From Carpediemonas membranifera BICM (lineage: Eukaryota > Protista > Fornicata), in contig JAHDYR010000025.1 in the NCBI GenBank assembly GCA_019828565.1, positions 248,001-312,000 on the forward strand: a stretch of DNA of 64,000 nt, in the 5' to 3' direction. The notes under the pieces are model-generated. The model searched no databases. It had not been told where the DNA came from and saw only the letters and a list, made by a program, of their open reading frames with translations. Every line of letters begins with the position of its first letter. Within the stretch, counting starts at the first letter, position 1. The position numbers and the translations under genes are program-made. Below are positions 51,933 through 62,038 of this stretch, piece by piece.

Positions 51933-53000
51933 ATGACCTCGCCAGCGCCTGTAAGCTCGCTGATTGAGAGGATCAAGTCATCAATCATAGACCATGACGC
52001 GAAAGTTGACACACTGACACAGCTTCGGGAGTACGCAACCAGCCCAACGAGAGTACGTCCACCTCATTGTCCAATTCTCACGCAGCAACTGAGCAGATAC
52101 GACATCAATGACCACATTATGCAACAAATAGTAATTGGAGACCAGGAAGTTAAGGTCGCTGGCCTTGAGCTTCTCTCTGCGATCGTCGACAAGTCTTCGC
52201 CATGCGCCGAGCAGTATGCCTCCGATATGACGACAACTGACGGCCCTGTGAACCTCTTTCTCTCCCTCCTCTCCTCAGGCCAGGATTTCTTCGTGCGTAT
52301 GTCTGCTGTCGAGCTCCTAACCCGCCTCCTCCGCGTGGCCCGCAAGCGGGTGCAGGAGGCGGTCCTCTCCAACAAGGACGGCGGCATCAACAACCTTATG
52401 GACCTCATCGAGTGCGACATGGAAGCGCTGAGGAATGACGCCATCATCCTGCTGACGAGGCTCATCGAAGAGTCCGTGGAGCTCCAGAAGGTCCTGGCGT
52501 TCAATCGCGTCATGGACCGCGTGCTCGCAGTGCTCGTCACAGAAGAGAACATCGCCATTAGGAGGGACGCGACGGCCCTGCTCACCGCGCTTCTCTCAAA
52601 CAGCACAACCGTGACACTCTTCAAGGAGACCGCGACCGATGGTCTGCTCCGCCTGGCGAATAAGATCATTCTCAAGGAGCTGGGCCATCCAGAGTCGGTG
52701 CAGTTTTTGACCTCGATCCTGAGTCCTCTGGCCGGCGGGCAGGGTGTCAGTTCCGCCGCCCTCGAGCGGGAGCAGGAAGCCAACACAGAGCTGCGGACGA
52801 GCTTGGACCAAGCTAACAGGGAGATCGCGTCCCTGCGTGCGGACATGGCGGAACGAGACGAGTACAAGGAGCTCCTGGAGGGCGCCTTGGCTGATCAGGA
52901 GGAAGTCATCGAAACGCTCAAGATGCAGATCAGGAAGTGGAGTGGGGCGCCGCACTTTCTTGCCCCGAGTAGAGAGGTGGCTGACTTGCTGTCTGAGTGA
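51933..53000 (+). CDS. USO1: Miniature p115/Uso1 vesicle tether (probable in-frame intron 52053-52085)
   Basis: DFFVR...LLT, GINNLMDL...EALRNDAIILLTRL...ELQKVLAF head motif; C-terminal LLEGALADQEEVIETLK resembles Uso1_p115_C. Confidence 0.8.
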   Translation: MTSPAPVSSLIERIKSSIIDHDAKVDTLTQLREYATSPTRVRPPHCPILTQQLSRYDINDHIMQQIVIGDQEVKVAGLELLSAIVDKSSPCAEQYASDMTTTDGPVNLFLSLLSSGQDFFVRMSAVELLTRLLRVARKRVQEAVLSNKDGGINNLMDLIECDMEALRNDAIILLTRLIEESVELQKVLAFNRVMDRVLAVLVTEENIAIRRDATALLTALLSNSTTVTLFKETATDGLLRLANKIILKELGHPESVQFLTSILSPLAGGQGVSSAALEREQEANTELRTSLDQANREIASLRADMAERDEYKELLEGALADQEEVIETLKMQIRKWSGAPHFLAPSREVADLLSE

Positions 53001-53071
53001 GTAAACTTTGGCTTTGATGCCGCATTCCGATGCTGGGATGGCGATGGTACTATCCTGCACATTTTCATACC

Positions 53072-53539
53072 ATGAACAGCGATACTACCTGTTTTGTTGC
53101 CGCTGGCGATTTATTTGACAGTCTTGAACCTAAGTTAAGCACCAAGAGGGGCGATGCGCTCTCATTTTTTACTGTATACAAGTACGTCTCGAAGTTACAC
53201 GATTATGGTGAAGAAGTCGACATGGACGTCATTGCAGACTCATTTAAGAGCGTCAGCTCATTTTCAGACAAAGTTACAAGGAAGGAGTTTGGTCATCTTC
53301 TCGAGGTAATCGACCACCGCATCGCACGAACCCGCGATCTAATTTGGGATTTCCGGTCGATGAAGCGCCCCGGCCAGGTGGGGATCCCAAACACAGAGGC
53401 CCACTTGCTGTTCCAGAAGTACATGGGCATCCACTACAACGATGCCGAGTTCGATGACTGGATTCTCAAACGGCCCAGCCCATTCTCGAACGTGCTTTTC
53501 AAGGAGGTCGTCGTTCAACTTGCCGGGTCCGATGACTAG
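53072..53539 (+). CDS. Hypothetical protein with degenerate EF-hand-like helices
   Basis: FKSVSSFSDKVTRKEF and WDFRSMKRPGQVGIPNTEAHLLF have EF-hand spacing but lack full Ca ligands. Confidence 0.5.
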   Translation: MNSDTTCFVAAGDLFDSLEPKLSTKRGDALSFFTVYKYVSKLHDYGEEVDMDVIADSFKSVSSFSDKVTRKEFGHLLEVIDHRIARTRDLIWDFRSMKRPGQVGIPNTEAHLLFQKYMGIHYNDAEFDDWILKRPSPFSNVLFKEVVVQLAGSDD

Positions 53540-53747
53540 ATCTATGTCGTCATGTCGGGCCGGATCTGATACAGGACCAGCTGTGAAGAGTTGGCTGCTT
53601 CCCGTCGTTGAAGATCTCTCGTCGGAGTCTTAGGCCATGCTGATGCCGCCTTTGTGCCGGCGGTAAATGTCGCTGGACCGCTTACTTCTTGGTTTCCGGT
53701 TCCCGCGTGTGACCTCTGTATGAATGACATGCCACCAGCGGACAGCG

Positions 53748-56552
53748 ATGGAGGAGGATGACCATGAGCGTCATGTGCTCATCTCTCGTCTCATTGCAAA
53801 GCGGAAGACAATTAAGGCCCTCAAGGCCCAATACAAGGCAATTGTAGTTGAGAATAACGCCATCGAGGCTGTGTTGAAAGGATCCCAGGCCCTGTATGTT
53901 GTAATCACCGCCACGTGCAAGATACTGAAGTCAAACGATGCTTTCAAGCGCATTTACAACGAACCATCGCGACGGCACCTCCCATCGACGCTCTTCCGCA
54001 ATGCCGTCAACCTCCCAACCGCACTGACCCCACGAGCTGTCTTTGAAGACCAGCTAGTGAGTGGGGAACGCTGCCACAACCTGCTGTGGACAGTACAGGC
54101 CGAGTTCGAGTCTGGTCGACTCCGGAAGGTCGCGATGGTGGGAGTTGTCGAACGAACGGCCCCGCCGGAGCAGTATCAGGGCGAGAACAGCACTACAGCG
54201 ATCTTCAGGATGATGAACACCTTCGCGGCAAACGCCTTCTGGGTGGCGTGCATCAGCAAACGTTACATCAACGGTGTGCGCATCTTCTACGTCAGCCACC
54301 ACATCGAGGCCTGGTACGAGGTCCCTGCAGCAGAGATCTGCGACGACACGGCCATGACCTTCCTCCAGGGCGTCGACCCTGAGCAGCGGGAGTCTGTGGC
54401 TGCAACATGGATGGACTTTGTCCACGGTAAGTCTGCCACTGTGGACGTGACATACCGTGCCGTCGGCCGTCTCACAGGAAAGAAGACGTGGATCCGCTCG
54501 AGGGCGGTGAAGCTGGTGGATGTGCAGGAGGGGGATCCGATGGAGACGAGCTGGATCTTCGGGACCATCGAGGACATATCGGAGAAGCTGAGGCGGGAGG
54601 CCGAGTACGAGCGCCAGTCGCACATATTCGACCAGATCACTAACCACATCCAGGATGTCGTGTTTATTGCGGATGTCCGGAATTACCCCGAGACCGGTCT
54701 GATCGAGGGCACAACCGTGTCCAACTACTGGGAAACCATGACGGGGACGCCCGCGACGTTCTTCGAGGGCAGCTTCGACCCCGATTGCCTCCGCCCCCTC
54801 CTTGTTCCTGAGGAAGCGGAATGGTTTATGAACCGGATCCGGCTCTTCTTGCGGGGAGCCGGCCCGTTCAACATCAGCCACAGGTTTATCCACCAGCTGA
54901 CGGGCGAGATCACGCACTGGATGACGAGATCAACCATCGTCCGAGACAACGCGGGTCGACCCGTCACAGCGATCATCGTCGGTTCCTACAAAACTGCGGA
55001 GCATTTCTTATCCGTCGAGATGGCCAAGAAGAAGCTGATATTCGACCAGATGTCACGGTCCATCGACGACATCTTCTACGTTGCCAACTTCAACCCCGAG
55101 ATAATGCCCGAGGACACCCCCCAGATCTTCATCCCGCTCAAGTTTGTCTCAGATTCGTCCTCCGCAGTTTTAGGTATTGCTCCAGAGTTGCTTTGCTACC
55201 ACCCTTCGCTGTGGCTCGAGCGCATTGCCCCCGAAGACCGCGACCGCGTGTGCAAGGCAGTCCGGACTTACCGCCACGAATGCCTGGACTGCCCCAGCAG
55301 AGCAAAGCTGGAGGTGAAGAGCGCGATCCTGGTCAATGAGGAGCACCGCACCGTTGTCTGCTGCAGCAGGCCGATCGTCGGTCTCCGGGGCGATGTACGC
55401 CGTCTCGTCGGCACATGGTCGGATATCACAAGCCTTGTCCGCCAGGAAGAGGACCTGAACCGCGCCATCCGTCGTTTCGACATGATCAGTGACTCCGTTG
55501 ACTCCCTCTTCTACCTCATCGCCTCGCCCGAGGGAACGAGTGAATATCGCATCGTTTACGTCAACCGTTTCAACGAGCAATGGACTGGACGGACCCGCGA
55601 GGCCCTCTACCAGCGGGGGTCGGCAGAGTGGTACGACCAGATCCACCCCGACGACAGGGACATGGTCAGACGCACGTTTGACGACAGCACTGGCCGGAAG
55701 AGGGAGCGGCAGTACCGCATGCTATTCGACGACGGCAACGTCCGCTACACCATCAATCGCCGGGTGCAGTTTAAGACAGTAGGCGGCATGAGATATTTGG
55801 CCGGGTTTGTTTTCGACATCACTGAGATGGTTGAGGCCCAGCAGCGCAAGACCGAGGCCCTCGCTCAGATGCACAATGCTCAGCGGCTCGAGAGCCTCGG
55901 CGTCCTCGCGGGAGGCGTGTCACATGATCTGAACAACGTCCTCACGATCATCATGGGCGACGCCGATCTGATCCTCGAGATATCAGCCCCGGATGACCCG
56001 ATCTGCCTCTTCATCGACTCCATCCTGTGTGCATGCATGAAGGCGAGCAGGTTCACGAGCCAGCTGCTCGCGTACAGCGGGCAGGGCCAGCACATGATCG
56101 TCAAGGTCAACCTCACCGTGCTCCTCGAGGGCATGGCGGAATTCATCACGGCGAGCATGCCCCCACACATCACGGTCCACTGGAAGCTGTCACGGGCGAG
56201 CACGCTGCCCAGCATCAAGGGCGACCCTGCGCAGCTACAGCAGGTCGTCAACAACGTCGTGTCCAACGGGGTCGAGGCGATTGGGTCTAATGAGGGCCAT
56301 CTCACCATCTCCACGGGGTTCTGCTCCAAGTCGAACGACTGCGTCTACCTGACGATCGCCGACACCGGCTGCGGCATGAGCAACGAAGTAGCCGAGCGGA
56401 TCTTCGACCCGTTCTACTCGACCAAGACGACCTCGGGCCGGGGGCTTGGGATGGCCGCGGTTCGGGGCATCGTTGCCCATCACAGGGGCACCATAGAAAC
56501 GGTGTCCGTGCCCAACGAGGGCAGCATCATCGTGCTGAAGTTCCCCGTGTAG
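53748..56552 (+). CDS. Soluble multi-PAS sensor histidine kinase, bacterial type, no receiver domain
   Basis: Four to five PAS/PAC modules (FYVS..IE, VDPEQRE, IAPEDRDRV, IHPDDRDMV, DIT/DIS); H-box LESLGVLAGGVSHDLNN; N-box NVVSNGVEAI; DTGCGM; IFDPFYSTK; GRGLGM. Confidence 0.95.
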   Translation: MEEDDHERHVLISRLIAKRKTIKALKAQYKAIVVENNAIEAVLKGSQALYVVITATCKILKSNDAFKRIYNEPSRRHLPSTLFRNAVNLPTALTPRAVFEDQLVSGERCHNLLWTVQAEFESGRLRKVAMVGVVERTAPPEQYQGENSTTAIFRMMNTFAANAFWVACISKRYINGVRIFYVSHHIEAWYEVPAAEICDDTAMTFLQGVDPEQRESVAATWMDFVHGKSATVDVTYRAVGRLTGKKTWIRSRAVKLVDVQEGDPMETSWIFGTIEDISEKLRREAEYERQSHIFDQITNHIQDVVFIADVRNYPETGLIEGTTVSNYWETMTGTPATFFEGSFDPDCLRPLLVPEEAEWFMNRIRLFLRGAGPFNISHRFIHQLTGEITHWMTRSTIVRDNAGRPVTAIIVGSYKTAEHFLSVEMAKKKLIFDQMSRSIDDIFYVANFNPEIMPEDTPQIFIPLKFVSDSSSAVLGIAPELLCYHPSLWLERIAPEDRDRVCKAVRTYRHECLDCPSRAKLEVKSAILVNEEHRTVVCCSRPIVGLRGDVRRLVGTWSDITSLVRQEEDLNRAIRRFDMISDSVDSLFYLIASPEGTSEYRIVYVNRFNEQWTGRTREALYQRGSAEWYDQIHPDDRDMVRRTFDDSTGRKRERQYRMLFDDGNVRYTINRRVQFKTVGGMRYLAGFVFDITEMVEAQQRKTEALAQMHNAQRLESLGVLAGGVSHDLNNVLTIIMGDADLILEISAPDDPICLFIDSILCACMKASRFTSQLLAYSGQGQHMIVKVNLTVLLEGMAEFITASMPPHITVHWKLSRASTLPSIKGDPAQLQQVVNNVVSNGVEAIGSNEGHLTISTGFCSKSNDCVYLTIADTGCGMSNEVAERIFDPFYSTKTTSGRGLGMAAVRGIVAHHRGTIETVSVPNEGSIIVLKFPV

Positions 56553-56941
56553 GTCAGGCTGGTATAAAATATTGCGGCTGTGAACTGGGTTGGGTCGATA
56601 ACGGTGGTGAGTTAGTCTACTGAAGAAGGTCCTGACCCACGTACAGACTGCTGGCAGTGGAGATGCGATTGACATGTGACGGGGTGACTTCGGCAAGGGT
56701 CGACCATCGGTGATTGTGTATGAAGTGCGAACGGCATCCACTCGAACTCTTGTCGGTCTTATCAATGTTATGTAGTGCTCTCGTTGACTGCCCAAGCCAC
56801 TCAGCCGCTGTCTGGCTGAGTCCAGTGTCCTTGACCGGCCGTAAGATCGCAACAGACTTGAGTCAACGATCGCCCAAATCACTCAGCACTCCCAATCACC
56901 AGAACCGCACTATTTACCATAGTATCGTGATTAAATATCCC

Positions 56942-58603
56942 CTACAGCCGGAGTGGGTAGAGCGCCTTGGGCTCGGCCATGGGCAGGTCGTCCATCGACA
57001 TCTTGGCCACATCCCCACCAAAGCTCACGCTGAACCACTTCCCGCCACTGTCCTTGAAGGCTGGCCGCCCATCCCCTGTGATCAGCTCCGTTGCCTCGAA
57101 CGGGAGCGCCAGCACCTCATGCAGGCCGGTGTCGAACTGATGCCGACTGACGTGGGTCTGGCCGCCGCAGGTCCAGCAGAGCAGGCGGGAATCGGTGCTA
57201 TACGGGTCGTAGAAGAGGCTCGTCGGCTGGCAGGGGAAGACCAGCGGCGTGGCCGTGGAGCAGACGTCGCCGACCGAGAAGCCAGGCAGTAACCGCGCCT
57301 GGGCAATACATACCGGTACCTCGCCAGCAAACAGCACGCGGGGCCCACTGAGGAAGACACTGCACACGTCGGTGACGGGGAGCCCGTCCTCGTCGCCCTC
57401 CTCGAAGTTCGAGTACTCGATCTCGCAGGCACCAAAGATGACGTCGACATGGAACGGCAGGGCCTGGAACCCGGTGATGTCCTTGCAATGACCCAGCCCG
57501 AGCTGGCCGTAGGAGTTCAGTCCCGCGATCAGCTGGTGGCTGCCCGACGTGAGCACGACGGAGTAGGACTCCGAGAGAATGGTGTCGGGGACGAAGGAGG
57601 AGGGCAGGGCGATCTGGTTGAATAACCGGCCGTCCTTGAACTGGCCTAAGAAGCCGTTGGTGTTTCGTCCGGCAACGACAAGCCCCACCGGTGTCAGGAG
57701 GAAAGAACGGTCGTCCGTAAGGTGAATTCCGACAACCAGCCTGTCCTTGTGCCATGCTGGCAGGTTTGACTCATACTTGGCGACGTCCGGGCACGCCGGG
57801 AACCGAAGACGGACGGGGTGCCGGATAGCCTCGAGAGCCACGTCTGCCCGACCCTCGCCCACGCCCAGCTGTCCGTTTTCACACGAGCCCCAGACGTAGA
57901 TGCCTTTGGGCGTCGTGGCGACGAGCGTGGACCCGTGGTTGCTGTGCATGTCGGTTATGGGTGGCATGCGGCGCCAGGTGTACTGTAGGTCGGGCGGATC
58001 AAGGTAGACCTCGGAGTAGCGGGCGAAGAGACGACCTGCGTACCTGCGAAGGAATCGGAAGTGGTGGTATTGTTTGACGATGCCGTCCTTCTCTGCTACT
58101 TGGTGGACGAAGAAAAACTTCTTGCAAAGGAACCAGGGCGCCTTATCTGGGTATGTCCGCTTTCTTTCCCGGTTCAATACGTCGGGGTCGGCCCCTGAGT
58201 GCATAAGAACGGCCCACAGAGTGCCCTGGAGGAGTGTGTGGAGCTGCTCGGGCAGCACTTGTCCGGCCGTCAAGTCGACGTTCATGCTCAGCTCTGGGCC
58301 ATCGCACATTATCTTCCTGGCCCGAGCGATCAATGATTCCGCCCTTGGCGAGAGGAATGGCGGCAAAGTGTCAAGCATGTGAATGAACTTCTTCTGAGCG
58401 TCCTCTAGGACATCCGAAGCATCGGAAACATCACGACGCCGTCGTATAAGTGATTCAAATTCGTATCTGATTGCACACGTCAACATTTGTGGGATGTTCC
58501 CCGGTGTTGAACTTGTGGCTAAGATTGATTGCTGGTATGCGTCAGCTAAGCATCGAAGCGTATTTCCTGTCATATCATTGCCCTTCCTGCCCTCATCTTC
58601 CAT
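56942..58603 (-). CDS. Lineage-specific RCC1-like repeat family, copy C
   Basis: LSMNVDL..LHTLLQGTLWAVLMHSGADPD..WFLCKKFFFVHQVAEKDG; IYVWGSCENGQLG; AGLNSYGQLGLGH. Confidence 0.85.
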   Translation of the reverse strand: MEDEGRKGNDMTGNTLRCLADAYQQSILATSSTPGNIPQMLTCAIRYEFESLIRRRRDVSDASDVLEDAQKKFIHMLDTLPPFLSPRAESLIARARKIMCDGPELSMNVDLTAGQVLPEQLHTLLQGTLWAVLMHSGADPDVLNRERKRTYPDKAPWFLCKKFFFVHQVAEKDGIVKQYHHFRFLRRYAGRLFARYSEVYLDPPDLQYTWRRMPPITDMHSNHGSTLVATTPKGIYVWGSCENGQLGVGEGRADVALEAIRHPVRLRFPACPDVAKYESNLPAWHKDRLVVGIHLTDDRSFLLTPVGLVVAGRNTNGFLGQFKDGRLFNQIALPSSFVPDTILSESYSVVLTSGSHQLIAGLNSYGQLGLGHCKDITGFQALPFHVDVIFGACEIEYSNFEEGDEDGLPVTDVCSVFLSGPRVLFAGEVPVCIAQARLLPGFSVGDVCSTATPLVFPCQPTSLFYDPYSTDSRLLCWTCGGQTHVSRHQFDTGLHEVLALPFEATELITGDGRPAFKDSGGKWFSVSFGGDVAKMSMDDLPMAEPKALYPLRL

Positions 58604-59066
58604 GATTTGTCTCGAATGACAAGGCACTGCCCGCGGCGAAATTGAGAGCCTATCCTGCTCGATATTTGGAAGATTTTTGACTCTGTCGGAGTCAGGACGA
58701 AGACGAAAACGTGGCAAAAGCGGTATATTCACGCCTTGGTCATCCTATTGTTTCGGCCCGACCCCGTTCCATTACCATTGTTGCAGTTTGACCAAAGAGC
58801 ATAGACGATGCCTGAGGTGCTGGAAACACGGGCACTGACTGATGGTCATGTGCGTCACCCGGCTTGATGTAGTTGCTGTCTGACGTGGGGCTCACCATTT
58901 GAGGCTCACGAGATCACCGGGTTCTCATCCGATGAGGATGATGAAGACGATCTCCCAGCCGACATAAGAAGGGAGGAGTGGGCCATGGTAGTATTGCGCA
59001 GTACAATAGCTTGGTTGACCCAATAGAGTCAGTCGAACCCAATCCTGCGAAAACTAGCCAGTCTTC

Positions 59067-59890
59067 ATGCCGTTCGAGAGGTCGTGGTTTGTGCTACTCT
59101 GAGATTCTGACATAGCCCTTTCTGCCATATTAAGTTGCCTCCGGACAACGAGGCCTTCCTCGTTCATGTGAAGAACTGCAAGACCCACCACGGCCGGGTT
59201 CCACGGAAAGCGGAGGATACGGCTCCAAAGAACATGCCAGTCAGAGAAGAGCCCGCCAAGCCCGCTCAGTTGCGCCAAGACACCGCTCAGCAGCACGAGA
59301 ATTCAGCGATCTCCGCTGTTTCAATCGTTTCTCCGCCTTCCCGCCCAACTAAGGATGTCCTACAGGAATCCGGCCTGAGATACAACACTGCCGCCTTCAG
59401 TCCCGCCTTCATGGCCAAGGAGAACCTGTCCGAGCCTGATGTCGAGCAGGAACAGCCCGTCAACCACGACGATACGATGCACAGCTTAGACCTCGATAAG
59501 GAGGAGTTCGAGGAGAGCTACGGGTACGACGACGACAGGTACGCCCCCAGCCCCAGTCCGAGTTATCATTCGGAGCCGACCGAGCCGTCGCCCCCGATCC
59601 CAGCGCGGGGCTACGCTGAGATCCACCGCAAGCAGCCCGCCGCCGCCCCTGTGCTGTCTCCCGTGCACGACCAGCGCTCCGACCCCGAGTTCGAACAGCG
59701 AAGGGCACCGCCGTCGACAATCAGAACCGAAGCCAGACCGCCGCGTGAACCAAAGCACCCCAGCCAGGTCCCGAAGTTCGTCGTAGCGGAGGGCCTGATG
59801 GACTTCTGTCCGTTCTGCGGCGTCCGGTTCATCGAGGATGCCTTATTCTGCGGCCGGTGCGGGGCGGAGCGGATGGCGTATGAGCCATGA
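59067..59890 (+). CDS. C2HC zinc-finger protein with C-terminal zinc ribbon, ZC2HC1-like (intron 59087-59115)
   Basis: Splicing creates CPFC...HVKNC (C2HC); C-terminus FCPFCG...FCGRCG. Confidence 0.75.
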
Positions 59891-60053
59891 TCGCGCCGAA
59901 GTTGTACTCTAAATCACATGTCTCTGCTACACAGTCGTACTACTGCGCTCGTTGCCGCTGCCATCGTCACCATGGCCTGAAGTCGGTGGAGTCACGGTTG
60001 AAGTATAGGACTATCTTCCGCCAGCCGAGAGGACGGACATTGTGACGACGCAT

Positions 60054-60995
60054 ATGGACATACTTGACCGCGAAACTGATCCAGGGAGCTCGAAACAGTT
60101 CAAACCAATTTCGCCACTTGAGGCTGAAAGGATGGACGCAGAACCCGGCCGCCGCGGGTCCTCTGAGCTCAGTTCTCCGAGAAAGGGACAAGCATGCTTC
60201 TTTCATGCTGATATGAGCGAGCTGAAGCGCCCTCGTCTTTCCACCACAGCCAGCGGTGTGAGCCTTGAGCCCTACACCGCATTCGGAGCCTTCAAGTCAC
60301 CCCTACGTCTCGACGACCCTAACGCTGTGAAGCCACTGCTGGACGTCGTCCCCTCAAAGAACGCCTTCATCTGCGACCCGATGTGGCGGGTGGACGCCGA
60401 GACTGTCGCCCGCCTCCTCAACGGCCACGCCAGCGTCGACAAGGTCGGAAACAACTTTGACATCGTTGACTGTCGCAACGAGTACGAGTATAAGGGCGGC
60501 CACATCACTGGGGCGATCTCCTGCCCGACGCTCGACCAAGCTTTGGAGGCTCTGTTCGAGGACAACGACATGCGCCCGTCGGACCGCTGCATCATCCTCC
60601 ACTGCGAGTTCTCTGAGATGCGGGCGCCGATGCGGTACCAAGAGTTGTGCACGTACGACCAGCAGCTGGCAGCCGCATCATTTGATGAGGACATCACCGG
60701 GTTCTACCCCCAGATGTACGTGCTCGACGGCGGCTACTGTCAGTTTCACCGCCGCTTCCCGCAGCTGTGCCAGGGGGGTTATGTCCCGTGCTCGGAGGAG
60801 GACAACGATGCTTTCCTGCGAACATCGCGGTCGGGCTCGGTGACGTTCCGGAAGCACCCTGATCCTGATAGCCTATCCTATCTTGGACGTTCCAGCAGTC
60901 GAGGGTCGAGGCCGGCGAGTCGGCGAGCCAGTCGGATCACTACGCCGAAGTTTTCTGCCGACTTTGAAAGAGCGCTGACGTTTAATCTGGTGTAG
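60054..60995 (+). CDS. CDC25: Cdc25 phosphatase (rhodanese fold)
   Basis: IVDCR.EYEYKGGHI.GA, catalytic HCEFSEMRAP (CX5R), YPQMYVLDGGY. Confidence 0.93.
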   Translation: MDILDRETDPGSSKQFKPISPLEAERMDAEPGRRGSSELSSPRKGQACFFHADMSELKRPRLSTTASGVSLEPYTAFGAFKSPLRLDDPNAVKPLLDVVPSKNAFICDPMWRVDAETVARLLNGHASVDKVGNNFDIVDCRNEYEYKGGHITGAISCPTLDQALEALFEDNDMRPSDRCIILHCEFSEMRAPMRYQELCTYDQQLAAASFDEDITGFYPQMYVLDGGYCQFHRRFPQLCQGGYVPCSEEDNDAFLRTSRSGSVTFRKHPDPDSLSYLGRSSSRGSRPASRRASRITTPKFSADFERALTFNLV

Positions 60996-61547
60996 ATTCA
61001 GTATATGACACTATATGTATACCTATACATAGTAAACCGCAAGCACAGGCCGGGTTAGCGAGGTGTGTGGCTTGACCATGTTGGGTCTGCCTTTGTCTGC
61101 TCAGCAGCATTTGTCAAAGCAGCAATACTCGGGGACATCCAAACTATTGCTCCCGAGAGTCAATGAATCCAGTTACCGGGCTGGGCAACGGTCCAATCAT
61201 GTGCGCGTCACCTGCACAATATTCCATCACCTATTACCCACCCGACAACAAGCTTACCAACGACAACAACTGAACACAACACCATCAAGACTGAGGCACA
61301 ATAAAGCCATTACGCCAGCCGTGTCGCTGGAGCGGGGAAATTAGAAGGTGCGGTCAGCCGCGCCAGCAGAGGCCCCGGCAGTTACCCTCGGCATGAGCGA
61401 CGGTAATGTCGAGCTTGAGCCGATGGATGTCCCAACGACTGGGATACAGGCCTGGTTCTGCGGGAGAGTGTCGATCAATGCCGTCATGCCTCAGGGGCAC
61501 CGGTGAGAGGTGCGCGTAACCTGCACATTCTTTGGACAAGCATCCAG

Positions 61548-62038
61548 ATGCAGCGCCCACAGGCCGCAGCACCGGTCGAAAATGATGCATCAAGCTCAAC
61601 AGACTATGTATCGCGAGTATTGGAGCTTCGGGAGGAGATCAAGCGCTCCTGTGGCTTCCAGCTGTATTATACACCCGCTGGGGATAGAGAAATGACCAAC
61701 ATGATTGAGACGCGTCAGTACCCGTTTACAAAGATAACACAGAGTTCCGTACTCTCAAGAAGCAGGCCGGCTTGAAGGGCGCTGTGCAGAACATCCACTA
61801 CACCCGCCTAGTCCAAGCCCTGCAAGACGAGAAGGCCTCGGAGCGCCCGGACCCGAACTACTTCACGCTGGAGGCAGGAGAGTCGTCCAGGCCGCCCAGG
61901 CCATTCTGCTCGGTCTGTGGATACTGGGGCCTGTACAAGTGTCCGCAGAAGAAGTGCAACGCGAGAGTGTGCTCGATAGAGTGCCGCAAGGTGCATATCC
62001 AGGCCCAGAAGTGCGGTGCAAACATCGTAGTCAGTTGA
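61548..62038 (+). CDS. ZNHIT1: SWR1 subunit Vps71/ZNHIT1, zf-HIT (intron 61714-61742)
   Basis: PNYFT.EA..S.RPPRPFCSVCGYWG.YKC..CNARVCSIECRKVH. A 29-nt GTCAGT...TAACACAG intron joins ORFs 61503 and 61772. A further upstream exon from 61393 is possible. Confidence 0.85.

Noticed and set aside
53030-56552. Possible operon of the EF-hand-like gene and the histidine kinase
   Set aside because: Adjacency is uninformative in a compact eukaryotic genome, and the small protein has no receiver motifs.
61063-61344. 93-aa ORF between Cdc25 and ZNHIT1
   Set aside because: GTG start, no motifs, non-coding composition.
9927-61775. Programmed frameshifting or an alternative genetic code to explain split ORFs
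   Set aside because: All splits except the one near 16800 are resolved by consensus GT-AG introns, and all three stop codons terminate conserved genes.
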